From: an uncultured Planctomycetota bacterium
GTDB taxonomy: Bacteria; Planctomycetota; Planctomycetia; Isosphaerales; Isosphaeraceae
Length of the DNA: 64,000 bases
Assembly: GCA_963823665.1 (NCBI GenBank)
Contig: CAWGMQ010000004.1
Coordinates: forward strand, 160,001 to 224,000
Reading direction: 5' to 3'
Part shown: positions 20,417 to 31,623 of the stretch, piece by piece
How the letters are laid out: each line of letters opens with the position of its first letter
Position numbering within the stretch: position 1 is the first letter of the stretch
The notes under the pieces: model-generated
Told to the model about the DNA's origin: nothing
Database searches by the model: none
Seen by the model: the letters and a program-made list of their open reading frames with translations, nothing else
Program-made: the position numbers and the translations under genes

Positions 20417-21592
20417 ATTCGTGATCACTTTCTGCAATTTGGCCCAGCGCAGGGTGATTTCCATCGCGAGCTGGGCTGCCCGATTCAGCGTCTCGGGCGG
20501 CACCGCCGCGCCGGGCTCATCGCCTAGGTCCGAGCCGATCAACGCGATCGGCTCATCAACCCTCGTCTTATCGAACGGCCAGAGAGAATAAAGCGATGCC
20601 CCTTCATCGCGATGGGGGAGCCAGAGGCTGTTTGCAGCGTTTTTGGCCAGATCGCCACCAGAACCACGAAGTGCAGCGATCCGGAGGACGGACTCGGAAC
20701 CGTGAGTTGTCCCTTCCGCGCCCGGAGCAAACAAAAGCAACAGAATCGAAGGTTTCCTGGGCCACTCCGATTCGATCATGCGAACGACTTCACGGGATCC
20801 GGCGTAATCGAGTCGCTGGCCTCCGGCGACGATGAAGGTTGGCGCGATCTCCGCCGAGCGATGGCGCGGCCAGCTCCGCGCGAGCTCCAGCAAGAGCGCC
20901 GTGCTCAGACGATCTGTTCGCAGCACGCCATCAGCCGGCCGGGAATGACGAAACTCCCAGGAAAGAACGCAGATAATCATGACCCAGGCGAATGCGATGC
21001 TCAGCCAGGTTGCGACGATCGTTACCGGTAATAGCCTTGGATCGCCCCACATTCCCAAAAAGGTGAGGAGTGATGAAGTCCAAAAACAAAGGTGGAGAAT
21101 GCCCAAGATAAAGTATCGGCGTATGCGGAACAATCCAAGAAATCCCGTATCAATTCTGCCGAGCACCGTCTGGAAGACAACCCGTACCGGAGGCAACGAA
21201 TCGCCCCCAACTGAGGCGATGACGACGGGTGCCTTCTCCAAGGGGCGCATCCAACGCCCCGGCCGGATCCAATTGAAGGCCAGCGCGTCCACCCACTTCA
21301 CGCCAACGAAAAACGTCGTCAGTAACGCCAATATCTGCATGATGGGGTTTCGCCCGAGGATGACGCAGAATCCAATCGTGATCAAAGCCCCATATCCAAT
21401 CCACATGATCCACGGGCCCACAAGCTGCGGGAACCGCGAGCCTTCCACCTCGCGCCGTGCGACGTTCCAACCCATCCGCTCAAATTCGCCCGCGACGAAG
21501 TCAGCGATGCGCCATTCACCCTCAGGCCCCGCGAACGCGGGATCATCCAGTTTCTCGAAAGTCGCACTCGCCCGGGCGGCGTCGAACTTCAT
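20417..21592 (-). CDS. Membrane protein with degenerate M28 peptidase-like fold (in frame with downstream NamZ-like gene)
   Basis: GPEGEWRIADFV N-terminus, several TM helices, LLLELAR motif; metal ligands not evident. Confidence 0.5.
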
Positions 21593-21839
21593 CGGCTTTG
21601 CGTTCTCTGATGTGTGTTCCGCAAGACTCCCGCACGCCGCCCTTGATCATACATCCTGGACCCGTCGAACTCATCACGACGAACCCTCGCGACAGCGGCC
21701 CTGTCTGAATCTTGCAGTCCTTGACGCTCTTCAAATCGAAGGGGTATCGTAAGCTGCCGGGGCCGCAGTATGCTTAAGTTCAGGCACGATTTGCGTCTGT
21801 AATGATTTCCTCTAACACGACGGACTGACTGAATTCCTC

Positions 21840-23605
21840 ATGCTACTCAAACGAACTCATTCTTGCGGTGACTTGACGACCGAGCACGTCGGGCAACATG
21901 TCGTGCTCAACGGCTGGGTTGATGCCTGGCGCGACTTCGGCGGCTTGCTCTTCATCGACCTTCGCGACCGCTATGGCATCACTCAGGTCGTCTTCGAGCC
22001 CGACGCCGGGGCCAAGTTGCAGGCACTCGCCAGGGAGCTGCGGAACGAGTATGTCGTCGGCATCTCTGGGTTGGTAGCCCCGCGGATGCGCGGCAAGGAA
22101 AACCCCAGGCTCAAGACCGGCGGGATCGAAGTCCGCGCCCGCGACCTGGTCATCTACAACGCAACGCCGACTCCGCCGTTCGAGATGCACGGTCCCGAGC
22201 CCAACGAAGAGCTGCGGCTGACCTATCGCTACCTCGACCTGCGACGGCCGGCGATGCAGGAGATCTTCATTCTCCGCCACCGGTTGACGCAGCTCATGAG
22301 GCGCACGATGTCGGACATGGGTTTCCTCGAGGTGGAAACGCCGATTCTCGGCCGCAGCACGCCCGAGGGCGCGCGTGACTTCCTGGTCGCCAGCCGGATC
22401 CATTCCGGCCGTTTCTACGCCTTGCCCCAGTCGCCCCAGCTCTACAAGCAGCTCTTGATGGTCTCGGGGTTCGACCGTTATTTCCAGATCGCGCGTTGCT
22501 TCCGAGACGAAGACCTTCGCGCCAACCGGCAACCCGAATTCACCCAGCTCGACGTCGAAATGTCGTTTGTCGACGACCACGACGTGACCACGACGATGGA
22601 AACTCTGGTCGCGGCGATGGCCCGGGAATTCACCGGAGAGGAGCTCAAGCTCCCGCTGCCCCGGCTTGACTATCACGACGCCGTCGAACGCTTCGGCAAC
22701 GATCGCCCCGACCTGCGATTCGGTATGGAGCTCAAAGACGTCGCCGACATCGCCGCCAAGACCGAGTTCAAGGTCTTCCAGCAGGCCCAGGAGGCCGGCA
22801 ACCGCATCCGCGGAATCTGCGTGCCCGGCGGAGGCGGGCGCTACAGCCGTAAGGATCTGGACGGCCTCGCCGAATCCATTGCCGGTATCGGGGCGAAGGG
22901 CCTGGTCTGGCTCAAGGTCGAGGCCGAAACCCTGGCCGGCCCGACCGCCAAGTTCTTCCCGCGCAGAAGCGCAGCATGAGCTCCGCGAGCGGTTCCAGGC
23001 CGCCGCCGGCGACCTCATCCTGATCGTTGCCGATACCCAGGCGGTCACCGGGCTGGCACTTTCCAGCCTGCGCAGCCGCCTGGCGGCTGAGCTCAAGCTG
23101 TACGACCCCAAGATCGTTCCATTACTGCTGGGTCGTGCGTTTTCCGCTCTTCGCCTGGGACGCCGAAGAGAAGCGCTACGTCGCCGAGCACCACCCGTTC
23201 ACGATGCCGCTGTTTGAAGACCTGCATCTGCTTGACTCCGACCCGGCCTCGATCCGCGCCCAGGCGTACGACCTGGTGGTCAATGGCGAGGAATGCGGCG
23301 GCGGCACGATCCGCTGTCACGACCACCTGATTCAGTCGAAGATCTTCGCTCTGCTCGGTCTTTCGCCCGAAGAGGCACAAGAGAAGTTCGGCTTCCTCCT
23401 GAGCGCCCTCCGCAACGGCGCACCGCCGCATGGCGGCATCGCGCTCGGCGTCGACCGCCTGGTGATGCTCTACTCCGGGCTGACCAACATCCGCGACTGC
23501 ATCGCGTTCCCCAAGACGGCCAAGGGAACCGACCTGATGACAGGAGCCCCCGGCCTGGTCGACCCGCGGCAGCTCAAGGAGCTGCACATCAAGTCGGTCG
23601 AGTAG
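21840..23605 (+). CDS. aspS: Aspartate--tRNA ligase (two apparent frameshifts, ~22965 and ~23115)
   Basis: [75 protein letters not shown]. Confidence 0.95.
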
Positions 23606-23636
23606 CCCATCGGCTGTGTTTGAAAGGACCGAAGAC

Positions 23637-24821
23637 TTGAGCGATCGATCATTCATCGTGGCCGGAGTTCCGCACGCCCTTGGGCGCCATGAACGGCGCC
23701 TTGGCGAGCATGCCGGCCCCCGAGTTAGGCGCTGCCAGCATCAGGGCCCTCCTGGAACGCTCCGGGGTAAACGGGAAGTCGGTCAACGAAGTCATCATGG
23801 GCAATGTGATTGCGGCTGGGTTGGGACAGAATCCCGCCCGCCAGGCGGCAATCTTCGCCGGTCTGCCGGACTCCGTCGGCGGCGCTCACCGTCAACAAGG
23901 TGTGCGGCTCGGGCCTGAAAGCCGTCATGCTTGCCGACCAGGCAATTCGCGCCGGCGACGCGACGCTGATTGTTGCCGGCGGCATGGAGAACATGACCCG
24001 CGCGCCCTATCTGCTCACGAAAGCCCGCGAGGGCTATCGGCTCGGTCACGGTGAGCTTCTCGACTCCATGATCGTCGATGGCCTCTGGGACGTTTACGGC
24101 CGCAAGCACATGGGAAGCTGCGGCGAGATCTGCGCCGAGACATATCACTTCAGCCGGAACGAGCAAGACGATTTCGCCGTGCGAAGCCACACCCGTGCCC
24201 GGCAGGCGATCGCCGCCGGCGCGTTCGACACGGAAATCGTGCCCATCGACGTCGCGTCCAGAGGGAAGACGACTCGCGTGTCGGCGGACGAAGGCCCGGC
24301 GAAATTCGACGAGGCGAAGCTGCGATCGCTCGCGCCAGCGTTCAGTCCTCACGGATCGATCACCGCCGGAAATGCTTCCAGCATCAGCGACGGTGCAGCC
24401 GCACTCCTGATCGCATCCCCCGAGCACTGCCGCGCCGCGAGTCTCAAACCGCTTGCCGTCATCAAGGGTGCGGCGACTTGGAGCCAGCAACCGGAGTGGT
24501 TCACGACGGCTCCCGTCGCCGCCATCCGTCTGCTACTCGAGAAGCTCAAATGGACGATCGAGCACGTTGACCTTTTTGAGATCAATGAGGCATTCGCCGT
24601 CGTGACCATGGTCGCGGAACGTGAGCTCGGCATCCCGGCCGCGAAGCTGAACATTCACGGCGGCGCAGTCGCGCTCGGACATCCGATCGGTTGCAGCGGC
24701 GCCCGGATCCTCGTCACCCTGCTGAACGCCCTCAATCGCACTGGCGGACAGCCGCGGCATCGCCAGTCTCTGCATCGGCGGCGGCGAGGCCATCGCACTT
24801 GCCGTCGAGACACTCGATTGA
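23637..24821 (+). CDS. Acetyl-CoA C-acyltransferase (thiolase), several apparent frameshifts
   Basis: [37 protein letters not shown] motifs across frames. Confidence 0.9.
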
Positions 24822-25366
24822 TCGCAACCGTCCCGTTGTCTCGTCGTCCAGATCCACGACCTCTCTCCCCACCTTCGCGAAAAGCCCAGCAAGCCGCCTT
24901 CTGATCAACGACAAAAATCAGAGGCAATCAAAAAACAATGGACGCTTTTGACCAAAACGACGCTCACTAAGCTGAGAGGACCTATTGCATCAACAAAGAC
25001 ATCCAAGCATTTGTGGCCAGGCGAGAATGGATGGAAAAATCAGTATCACTGACCAGGTAGTCGACCCTTGCAATCGAGTGAGTTGCCCGTAGAATGATTC
25101 GGCCGCGAAAGCGGCGAGCACGTCAGACTCAACCGAACTCTCGGTGTACACGACATTTGAGGCTTGGGCAAAAGGTGAAATCTGGTCTCGTACCCCGTTC
25201 GGGGCGTGCCTCGTCGGCTTGCTAGACGAATGCATCGTTGCATGAGACCAATCAGAAGTACGGCCGACTTGCAATCGGGTGCGGCGATCCAACGGCCGGC
25301 GACGTCCGGGCGTTGATCGGTCTCCGCGGGTGCAACGGACGGTTCTCCAGAGGAGGCACATCGTTC

Positions 25367-25663
25367 ATGGCGGACAAGTCTGCGGAGTCTCCAGTTCGGA
25401 TCGTCGGGAGTCGCGAGTTGCACCAGAATCTGCCCGATATTCTGAGAGAGCTCGAGAATAACACCGTTCGGTATGTGTTGACCGTGCATGGCCGGCCTCG
25501 CGCGGTCTTGATCGGTGCAGAGCCGTACCTGAGCATGATCAACAACGGTCGCCAGGCAAGCGAAGCGGTCGTTAGCCTCCAGCTCACAGCTCTTCTGGGT
25601 GGCAACCTCGACGCAATCATGCTCGACGATCTCGAAAAGGCTTTCGAGAAACGGTCGGATTGA
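25367..25663 (+). CDS. Phd/YefM-like antitoxin-fold protein, no adjacent toxin
   Basis: IVGSRELHQNLPDILREL...YVLTVHGRPRAVLIG pattern; AGGAGG RBS. Confidence 0.7.
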   Translation: MADKSAESPVRIVGSRELHQNLPDILRELENNTVRYVLTVHGRPRAVLIGAEPYLSMINNGRQASEAVVSLQLTALLGGNLDAIMLDDLEKAFEKRSD

Positions 25664-25719
25664 CGACCGAGCACGACCAGTACGGCTCCGGCACGACGGC
25701 GCCCGATCGAGCTCATCGA

Positions 25720-26453
25720 TCGCCTCACCCAACGTTGTCCCAGGGTTCTCCTGGCGGCTTGCTGCTCTCCGGAGGCTCTCCGTTCTTTCGCGCGCCACGC
25801 ACGGATGAACTCGACGACGGCTGGCATCACCGAGATCACGATGATGGCGAGGATCACGTACTTGAACTGCTTCTGCACAATTGGCAGTCCCCCGAACCAC
25901 CACCCTGCCAGCAGAAAACCCAGGATCCAGACAGCCCCTCCCGCGATGTTGTATGCGGCAAATCGCCGGTAGCTCATCTTGCCGATGCCCGCGACGAACG
26001 GCGCGAACGTTCGAACGATGGGCACGAACCGCGCCAGCACGATCGTGACACCCCCGTATCTCTCATAGAAGTTCTGCGCATGCACGAGGTGCTTCTTGTT
26101 CAAAAGCCATGACTTCTCGCGCGAAAACACCTTCGGACCGATAAAGTACCCGATTGAATAGTTGACGGCGTCGCCAAGCACCGCCGCCACCACCAGAAGC
26201 ACAGCCAGTGGCCCGATCTTGAGCGGCGATTCAGGGTGGGCCGCGACCGCGCCCACCGCGAATAAGAGCGAATCACCCGGCAAGATCGGCGTCACCACCA
26301 AGCCCTGTCTCGGCGAAGATGATCGCGAACAAGATCACGTAAAGCCACGACCCGAAGTTGATCCGCATACTGGTTGATCGTCTCCGGGCTCAAGTTCATC
26401 ACCGCCCAGAACGCAGTGACGCACCACTCGTAAATCTGCCAGAACAAACTCAT
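25720..26453 (-). CDS. dedA: DedA family membrane protein (frameshifts; 3' end approximate)
   Basis: LPGDSLLFAVG, GDAVNYSIG, ARFVPIVRTFAPFVAG motifs. Confidence 0.85.
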
Positions 26454-26564
26454 GCTTACTCCGATGAATTGGCTGTCGTAACGTGAGTGCCCAGAGAACC
26501 ACTTTCCATCCGCCCGCGATGAGCGACGGCAATATCAGGCGCTTCGCGTTCCCTCGCACGCGAC

Positions 26565-27000
26565 CTAACGGTCACCCGCCGCCTCGTCACGGGTCCGAAC
26601 GGGCAGGCGCACGTTCCGGATGCCGGCTTCGTCACAGGCGGAAAGCACGTCGGCCAGATCCTGGTACGCGAGCGACGCGTCGCCCCGGATCACAACACCC
26701 TGGTTAGCATAATGCTTCCTGGCTTCGCGAAGCCTCACAACCAACTGATCGAGGTCGTAACGTCGATTGATCGATCGATACGGAACCTCGAGTCGAAATT
26801 ACCAGGATCAAGTCGTCAGGTGCTGCCGACGCCGGCTGTGCCTCGGCCACTTCCGGAACGCTCACCAGGAACTCGCTCTCGTCCCAATCGTAAAGCCTGG
26901 TCGCCGCCATGAAAAACACCAGCAGGCAGAGAATGACATCCACCATCGGTGTCATGTTGATCAAGGGCGCCTCGTCGACCTGAATGCGGCTCGCGAGCAT
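26565..27000 (-). CDS. ExbD/TolR family protein (frameshift ~26760)
   Basis: INMTPMVDVILCLLVFFM; other frame continues VVIRGDASLAY. Confidence 0.85.
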
Positions 27001-27083
27001 CGGACAAATCCTCGATTATCGGCTCACGATCGTCGGGAATGAACGCGACCTGAAGAACCCGCAAACGCTAGTAGCGAGTCGCC

Positions 27084-28000
27084 CTAAATGACGCGCGACT
27101 CGTGACGATGACTCTCGCCCGCAACCGGCGGCACATGCCGCCGATCGCCCCCGATCATCCGTTGCGATTCGCTCGAGACCAGCTCGATCACCTGCCGCGT
27201 CCGATCATCTAGCTCTCGGATGAGCACATCGACTCGATTCAAGAAGAAATAATAGAATGTGACCGCGACAATCGCGATCCCAAGACCAAACGCTGTCGCC
27301 ACGAGCGCCAGGCTGATTCCGCGTGCGAGCATCTCCCCCCGTGCAGGTCCAATCCGGCCCCCCAGTGCGTCGAATGACTGAATGATGCCGAACACCGTTC
27401 CCTAGCAAACCCAGAAGAGGCCCCAGCGTCGCCACCGCGCTCAGGATCCGTCAGATTGCGCTTGAGCTCGACCACCTCGCCAGCCGCGTCATGGCTGACC
27501 ATCTGCCGGATCGCCGCGCCCGACTGTCCCCAGGCTCCCACCACCATCGCAAACACTCGCGCCGCCGGGCTGTCGTGTGCCCGGCAAAGCTCGAGCGCTC
27601 GCTCGCGATCCAGCTTGCCGGTGGATAGTCGCTCGAGAAATCGATCGGCAAACTCGCGCGGGACGACACGATCGCGTCGCAGCGCAAGCCATCGCTCGAG
27701 CACATAACCGACCGTCACCACCGAGCAGATCGCCAGCGGCCAGAGTATCGGATTCGCGTTCACGACCGCTCGTAGAATGCTCGATCGATCAACCGCCGCC
27801 TTCGTCGCCCCTTGCACCGCCGGTTCAGCCTGCGTTCCGGCCGAAGTTGACTCCTCGCCGTCAACCGTCGCGGCACTCTTGCGATCGTCACTCTTTCCAG
27901 CCGCGGGCTGAGCGCTCGCAGCTCCACTGCCCATCAACAGAATCCCCGCGATCAACAAGCCGCACATCACGCGGGCACCATGATCAATCAGATCGGCCAT
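27084..28000 (-). CDS. MotA/TolQ/ExbB proton-channel protein (frameshifts)
   Basis: LGPLLGLLG, GISLALVATAFGLGIAI motifs. Confidence 0.85.
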
Positions 28001-28131
28001 TGTCCGAAATCCTCCGGGGCTGACAACGGGCGCATCTTATCCCACCGACCCTTTTTTGCCCAGCAGCGATTTCTGAACCAATCGCGCGGTCGCACCGAGT
28101 GATATCGGCGAATTCATTGTGGCGACGTGCC

Positions 28132-29136
28132 TTAGACACTCTTGGCGTCGATCCACGGCATCAGGCTGCGCAGCCGCTTGCCGACCTGCTCGACGGGATG
28201 CTCGTGGTCCATCCGCCGAAGTGCGTTGAACACCGGGCGGTTCGCACGGTTCTCGAGGATCCACTCCCGCGCAAACTGGCCGGATCGGATTTCGCCCAGG
28301 ATCTTCTTCATCTCGGCCCGCGTCTGCTCGTTGACAATCCGCGGCCCGCGAGTGTAATCGCCGAACTCGGCAGTGTTCGAGATGCTGTATCGCATGTAGT
28401 TGAGCCCTCCCTGGTACATCAAGTCCACAATCAACTTCAGCTCGTGCAGGCATTCAAAATAGGCACTCTCAGGTTGATAGCCGGCCTCGGTCAGTGTTTC
28501 GAATGCCATCTTCACGAGCGCACTCACGCCGCCGCAAAGCACCACCTGTTCCCCGAACAGGTCGGTCTCGGTCTCCTCGGCGAACGTCGTCTGCAACACG
28601 CCCGCCCGTGTGCCGCCGATCCCCTTGGCATACGCCAGCGCCAGCGCCTTGCCCGTCGGCGTGCACGATTCGGTCGTCGCGATCAGGCAGGGCACTCCTC
28701 CTCCTTTGACGAACTCGCTGCGAACCAGGTGCCCCGGTCCCTTCGGCGCAACCAGCGCGCAGTCCACCCCCTCCGGCGGCACCACCTGCCCGAAATGGAT
28801 GTTGAACCCGTGCGAGCAAAGCAACACATCCCCGGCGCGCAGATGCGGCTTGATCTCACGAGTGTAAATATCTCCCTGCACCTCGTCCGGCAACAGGATA
28901 TTGACGAGCTTGCCCGCCTCGGCCGCCTCGCCCGCGGATACCGGCTTGAAACCATCACGCACCGCGAGGTCGTAATTCGCCGATCCCGCGCGCTGGCCCA
29001 CAACCACCTCACAGCCCGAATCACGCAGGTTCTGCGCCTGGGCATGCCCCTGACTGCCATAACCGATAATCGCGATCGTCTTTCCCTTCAGAAGCGAGAG
29101 CTCCGCGTCCTGATCGTAGTACATCTTCGCAGCCAT
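28132..29136 (-). CDS. ilvC: Ketol-acid reductoisomerase
   Basis: [34 protein letters not shown] motifs. Confidence 0.97.
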   Translation of the reverse strand: MAAKMYYDQDAELSLLKGKTIAIIGYGSQGHAQAQNLRDSGCEVVVGQRAGSANYDLAVRDGFKPVSAGEAAEAGKLVNILLPDEVQGDIYTREIKPHLRAGDVLLCSHGFNIHFGQVVPPEGVDCALVAPKGPGHLVRSEFVKGGGVPCLIATTESCTPTGKALALAYAKGIGGTRAGVLQTTFAEETETDLFGEQVVLCGGVSALVKMAFETLTEAGYQPESAYFECLHELKLIVDLMYQGGLNYMRYSISNTAEFGDYTRGPRIVNEQTRAEMKKILGEIRSGQFAREWILENRANRPVFNALRRMDHEHPVEQVGKRLRSLMPWIDAKSV

Positions 29137-29201
29137 CGATGATCTCTCTCTTTCTCGAAAACCCGTCAGGCTCGAAGCCTGACCTGATTCAAAATTGCCG
29201 C

Positions 29202-29876
29202 CTAAAGCTCGGAATGACCTTGAACGGTCGGCAGCTCCGCGGTTTCGGCCGAGCCCGGCGTCTCCGCGATTGTTTCACCCTCGAGTGGCACGTCACCCCG
29301 CACGAGCGCAATCCGCCCGGTGCGCGCCAGCTCCTGAATTCCGTAATGACGAGCATGCTCGATGAACGCCTCGATCTTCTTCTCCTGTCCGGAAATCTCG
29401 ATCATCAACTGATCGGGGCTGACGTCCAGAATCCGGCCCCGGAAGATCTGCACGAGCGCCGTGATCTCCGGCCGAAGCGCAGGCGGCGCCTTGATCTTGA
29501 TCAGCATCAGATCCCGCTCGACGTAATCCTCTCGCGAGATGTCGTGCACCTTCACGACCGTCACGATCTTCTCGAGCTGCTTGCGCACTTGCTCGAGATG
29601 CCGGTCGTCTCCCATCACCACGACCGTGATCCGCGAAAGGTGCGGGTTCTCCGTTTCACCCACCGCGAGGCTCTCGATATTGAACCCGCGCGACGCAAAC
29701 ATCCCCGAAACATGCGCAAGCACACCCGGTTGATTCTGCACCAGCGCCGAAAGCAAATGACGCCGCCGCCCCGAATCAGGTTTTTCTCCCGCCGGCGTCC
29801 CCTGCGGATTCGATCCCATACCAGGCGCAGTCGCCATCGGCTTCACCGTTATAGAGTTGCCCGTCTCAGTTGCCAC
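29202..29876 (-). CDS. ilvN: Acetolactate synthase small (regulatory) subunit
   Basis: [28 protein letters not shown] motifs. Confidence 0.93.
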   Translation of the reverse strand: MATETGNSITVKPMATAPGMGSNPQGTPAGEKPDSGRRRHLLSALVQNQPGVLAHVSGMFASRGFNIESLAVGETENPHLSRITVVVMGDDRHLEQVRKQLEKIVTVVKVHDISREDYVERDLMLIKIKAPPALRPEITALVQIFRGRILDVSPDQLMIEISGQEKKIEAFIEHARHYGIQELARTGRIALVRGDVPLEGETIAETPGSAETAELPTVQGHSEL

Positions 29877-30004
29877 TCGGCCGCGGAAAATGAAAGTCTA
29901 CACTCCCCGTGCCGCACGAAACCAGCCACTTTAAGGAGTGGATCGCTAGGGTGCCGGTTCGCGCTGACATGAAACTCATTACGGGCAGCTCGCTATGGAC
30001 AAGC

Positions 30005-31588
30005 CTAGCGCGGCGTCCGCATCCCCGGAAATCCCTTGGGCAACCCCCCCGGGAACCCGCCACCCGGCCCCGGCTCGGCTCCTTCCGCGCCAGGAGGCTT
30101 CTTCGGCTCGACCAGCGAAACTCGGTCCAGGTTGATCGACCGGAAACTATCGCCCGGCGTCACGTAATACCAGGGCCCGAAGCGCTTCATGAAGTCGTCG
30201 ACCTTCTTCTGGCCGTCCGCAAGCTTCTTGTCGTAGTCCGCTTTCTCGCGCGTCTTTTTCTCTTCGGCCGCTTTCTGGTCGGCGATGACTTTCGGATCCT
30301 TTGGATCCGGGGCAAACACGTTATCGGGGATCGTCGCGGGCGCGTCGGATTTGACAACCGGCTTCGGCTGCATCGACTCCGGCTTCTCGATCAAGCTAGG
30401 GTCGAACGCAACCGTCACCATCAAATACCGGTTCTCCTTCGCGCCCCCCGCCTTCTTCTCGTTATCTTTCTTTTCTTTGTCCTTCGCACCACCCGCATCC
30501 TTCTTCTGTTCGACGTCGTCCGGCGCCCCCACCACCAGCTCGTCTCCCTCGACAAACACCGGCCCCCCGTACCGCAGGGTGTAAACCACGCCTTCATCGG
30601 TCCCGATCGAGACATCTCCCTGGTCCGAATAAAGCCCCTTCGTCGTCAAGAAGAAGCCCTTGTTCTGCAGCGATGCCATCACCACCGACGGGATGCTCCT
30701 TACGTTATCAAGGTCCTCCAGTCCCGCCGGGCGGGGCCGAATCCCGACAATCTTCAAGTCGGCCACGGCGTCGGAAAGCGTACGCAGGTTGTTCTCGTTG
30801 AGCTGCTCGTTCGCGCCGAGCCCATCCATCGTCCACGGACCGTTCGAATCCTTCCGTGTGATCACCAGCTCATCACCCCGCTTCAGTTCCAGCTTCCCTT
30901 GGAAGTTGGGGCTCTCCTGAAGCTTGTAGTTGTTGAAGAATATGCGTCGAATCTTGCTGGCCTCGACCTTCAGCAGGTTCGTCTCGATCCAGTCGGTAAA
31001 CTTTGTCGACGGCTCGGCCTTGATGTTCACACCATACGTCCGTGTCTGACCCGGCACTCGCACGTACCGCTGGGCCTGCCCGTCTTTGCGCTCCGTCCCC
31101 TTGATCTCGTTGCCGATGACGATGTCGGCGAGCACCTTCTCGGACTGGTCGCGCAGCGTGATCCGCTTGCCACGCCCCTTGAGCGTCGAGAGCTTCATGT
31201 CGACCGGGTCGATCACGCCCATCGCTTCTTGCTCTTCCGTGTTATTGGAGCGAACCGTGTCCTTGTTCAAAAGCATGATCGCCCCCGCCGTCTGTGACAG
31301 CCGGTCGCGCGCATCCGCGGGATAGTTGTAGTACGGCGACGGAATCACCCACTTCTTGTCCTTGAACATCACCCGAAACCGCGACGCCGTCGCCGTTGAG
31401 GCATCGAAGTCGATGACTTCGAGGTCGGTGCACTCGAGCGCATCCTTGAAGTCCGGAAAGAACGCCTGGCCCTGGTCGTCGAAGTCTGCCGCGTTCGCGG
31501 GCTGGCGATCGCGAGTAATAAAGAATGCCGAGCCGGCGAGCACCACGGCCACACCGACGAAAATCGTGGTCTTGAGCAGTTCGTTCAT
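30005..31588 (-). CDS. DUF4340 domain protein (Gld-type ABC accessory)
   Basis: N-terminal TM, YPAD motif, W(I)ETNLL; downstream of GldG-like gene. Confidence 0.7.
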   Translation of the reverse strand: MNELLKTTIFVGVAVVLAGSAFFITRDRQPANAADFDDQGQAFFPDFKDALECTDLEVIDFDASTATASRFRVMFKDKKWVIPSPYYNYPADARDRLSQTAGAIMLLNKDTVRSNNTEEQEAMGVIDPVDMKLSTLKGRGKRITLRDQSEKVLADIVIGNEIKGTERKDGQAQRYVRVPGQTRTYGVNIKAEPSTKFTDWIETNLLKVEASKIRRIFFNNYKLQESPNFQGKLELKRGDELVITRKDSNGPWTMDGLGANEQLNENNLRTLSDAVADLKIVGIRPRPAGLEDLDNVRSIPSVVMASLQNKGFFLTTKGLYSDQGDVSIGTDEGVVYTLRYGGPVFVEGDELVVGAPDDVEQKKDAGGAKDKEKKDNEKKAGGAKENRYLMVTVAFDPSLIEKPESMQPKPVVKSDAPATIPDNVFAPDPKDPKVIADQKAAEEKKTREKADYDKKLADGQKKVDDFMKRFGPWYYVTPGDSFRSINLDRVSLVEPKKPPGAEGAEPGPGGGFPGGLPKGFPGMRTPR

Positions 31589-31623
31589 CGCGGTTCCCTG
31601 TTGGCGACTCGAAAAACGACTCA

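Noticed and set aside
22960..23120. Programmed frameshifting or split aspS
   Set aside because: Similar indels occur in many unrelated genes; sequencing error is simpler
29877..30004. Attenuator or leader peptide upstream of ilvN (ilvB absent)
   Set aside because: No Ile/Leu/Val-rich leader ORF or terminator visible; ilvB may simply be elsewhere
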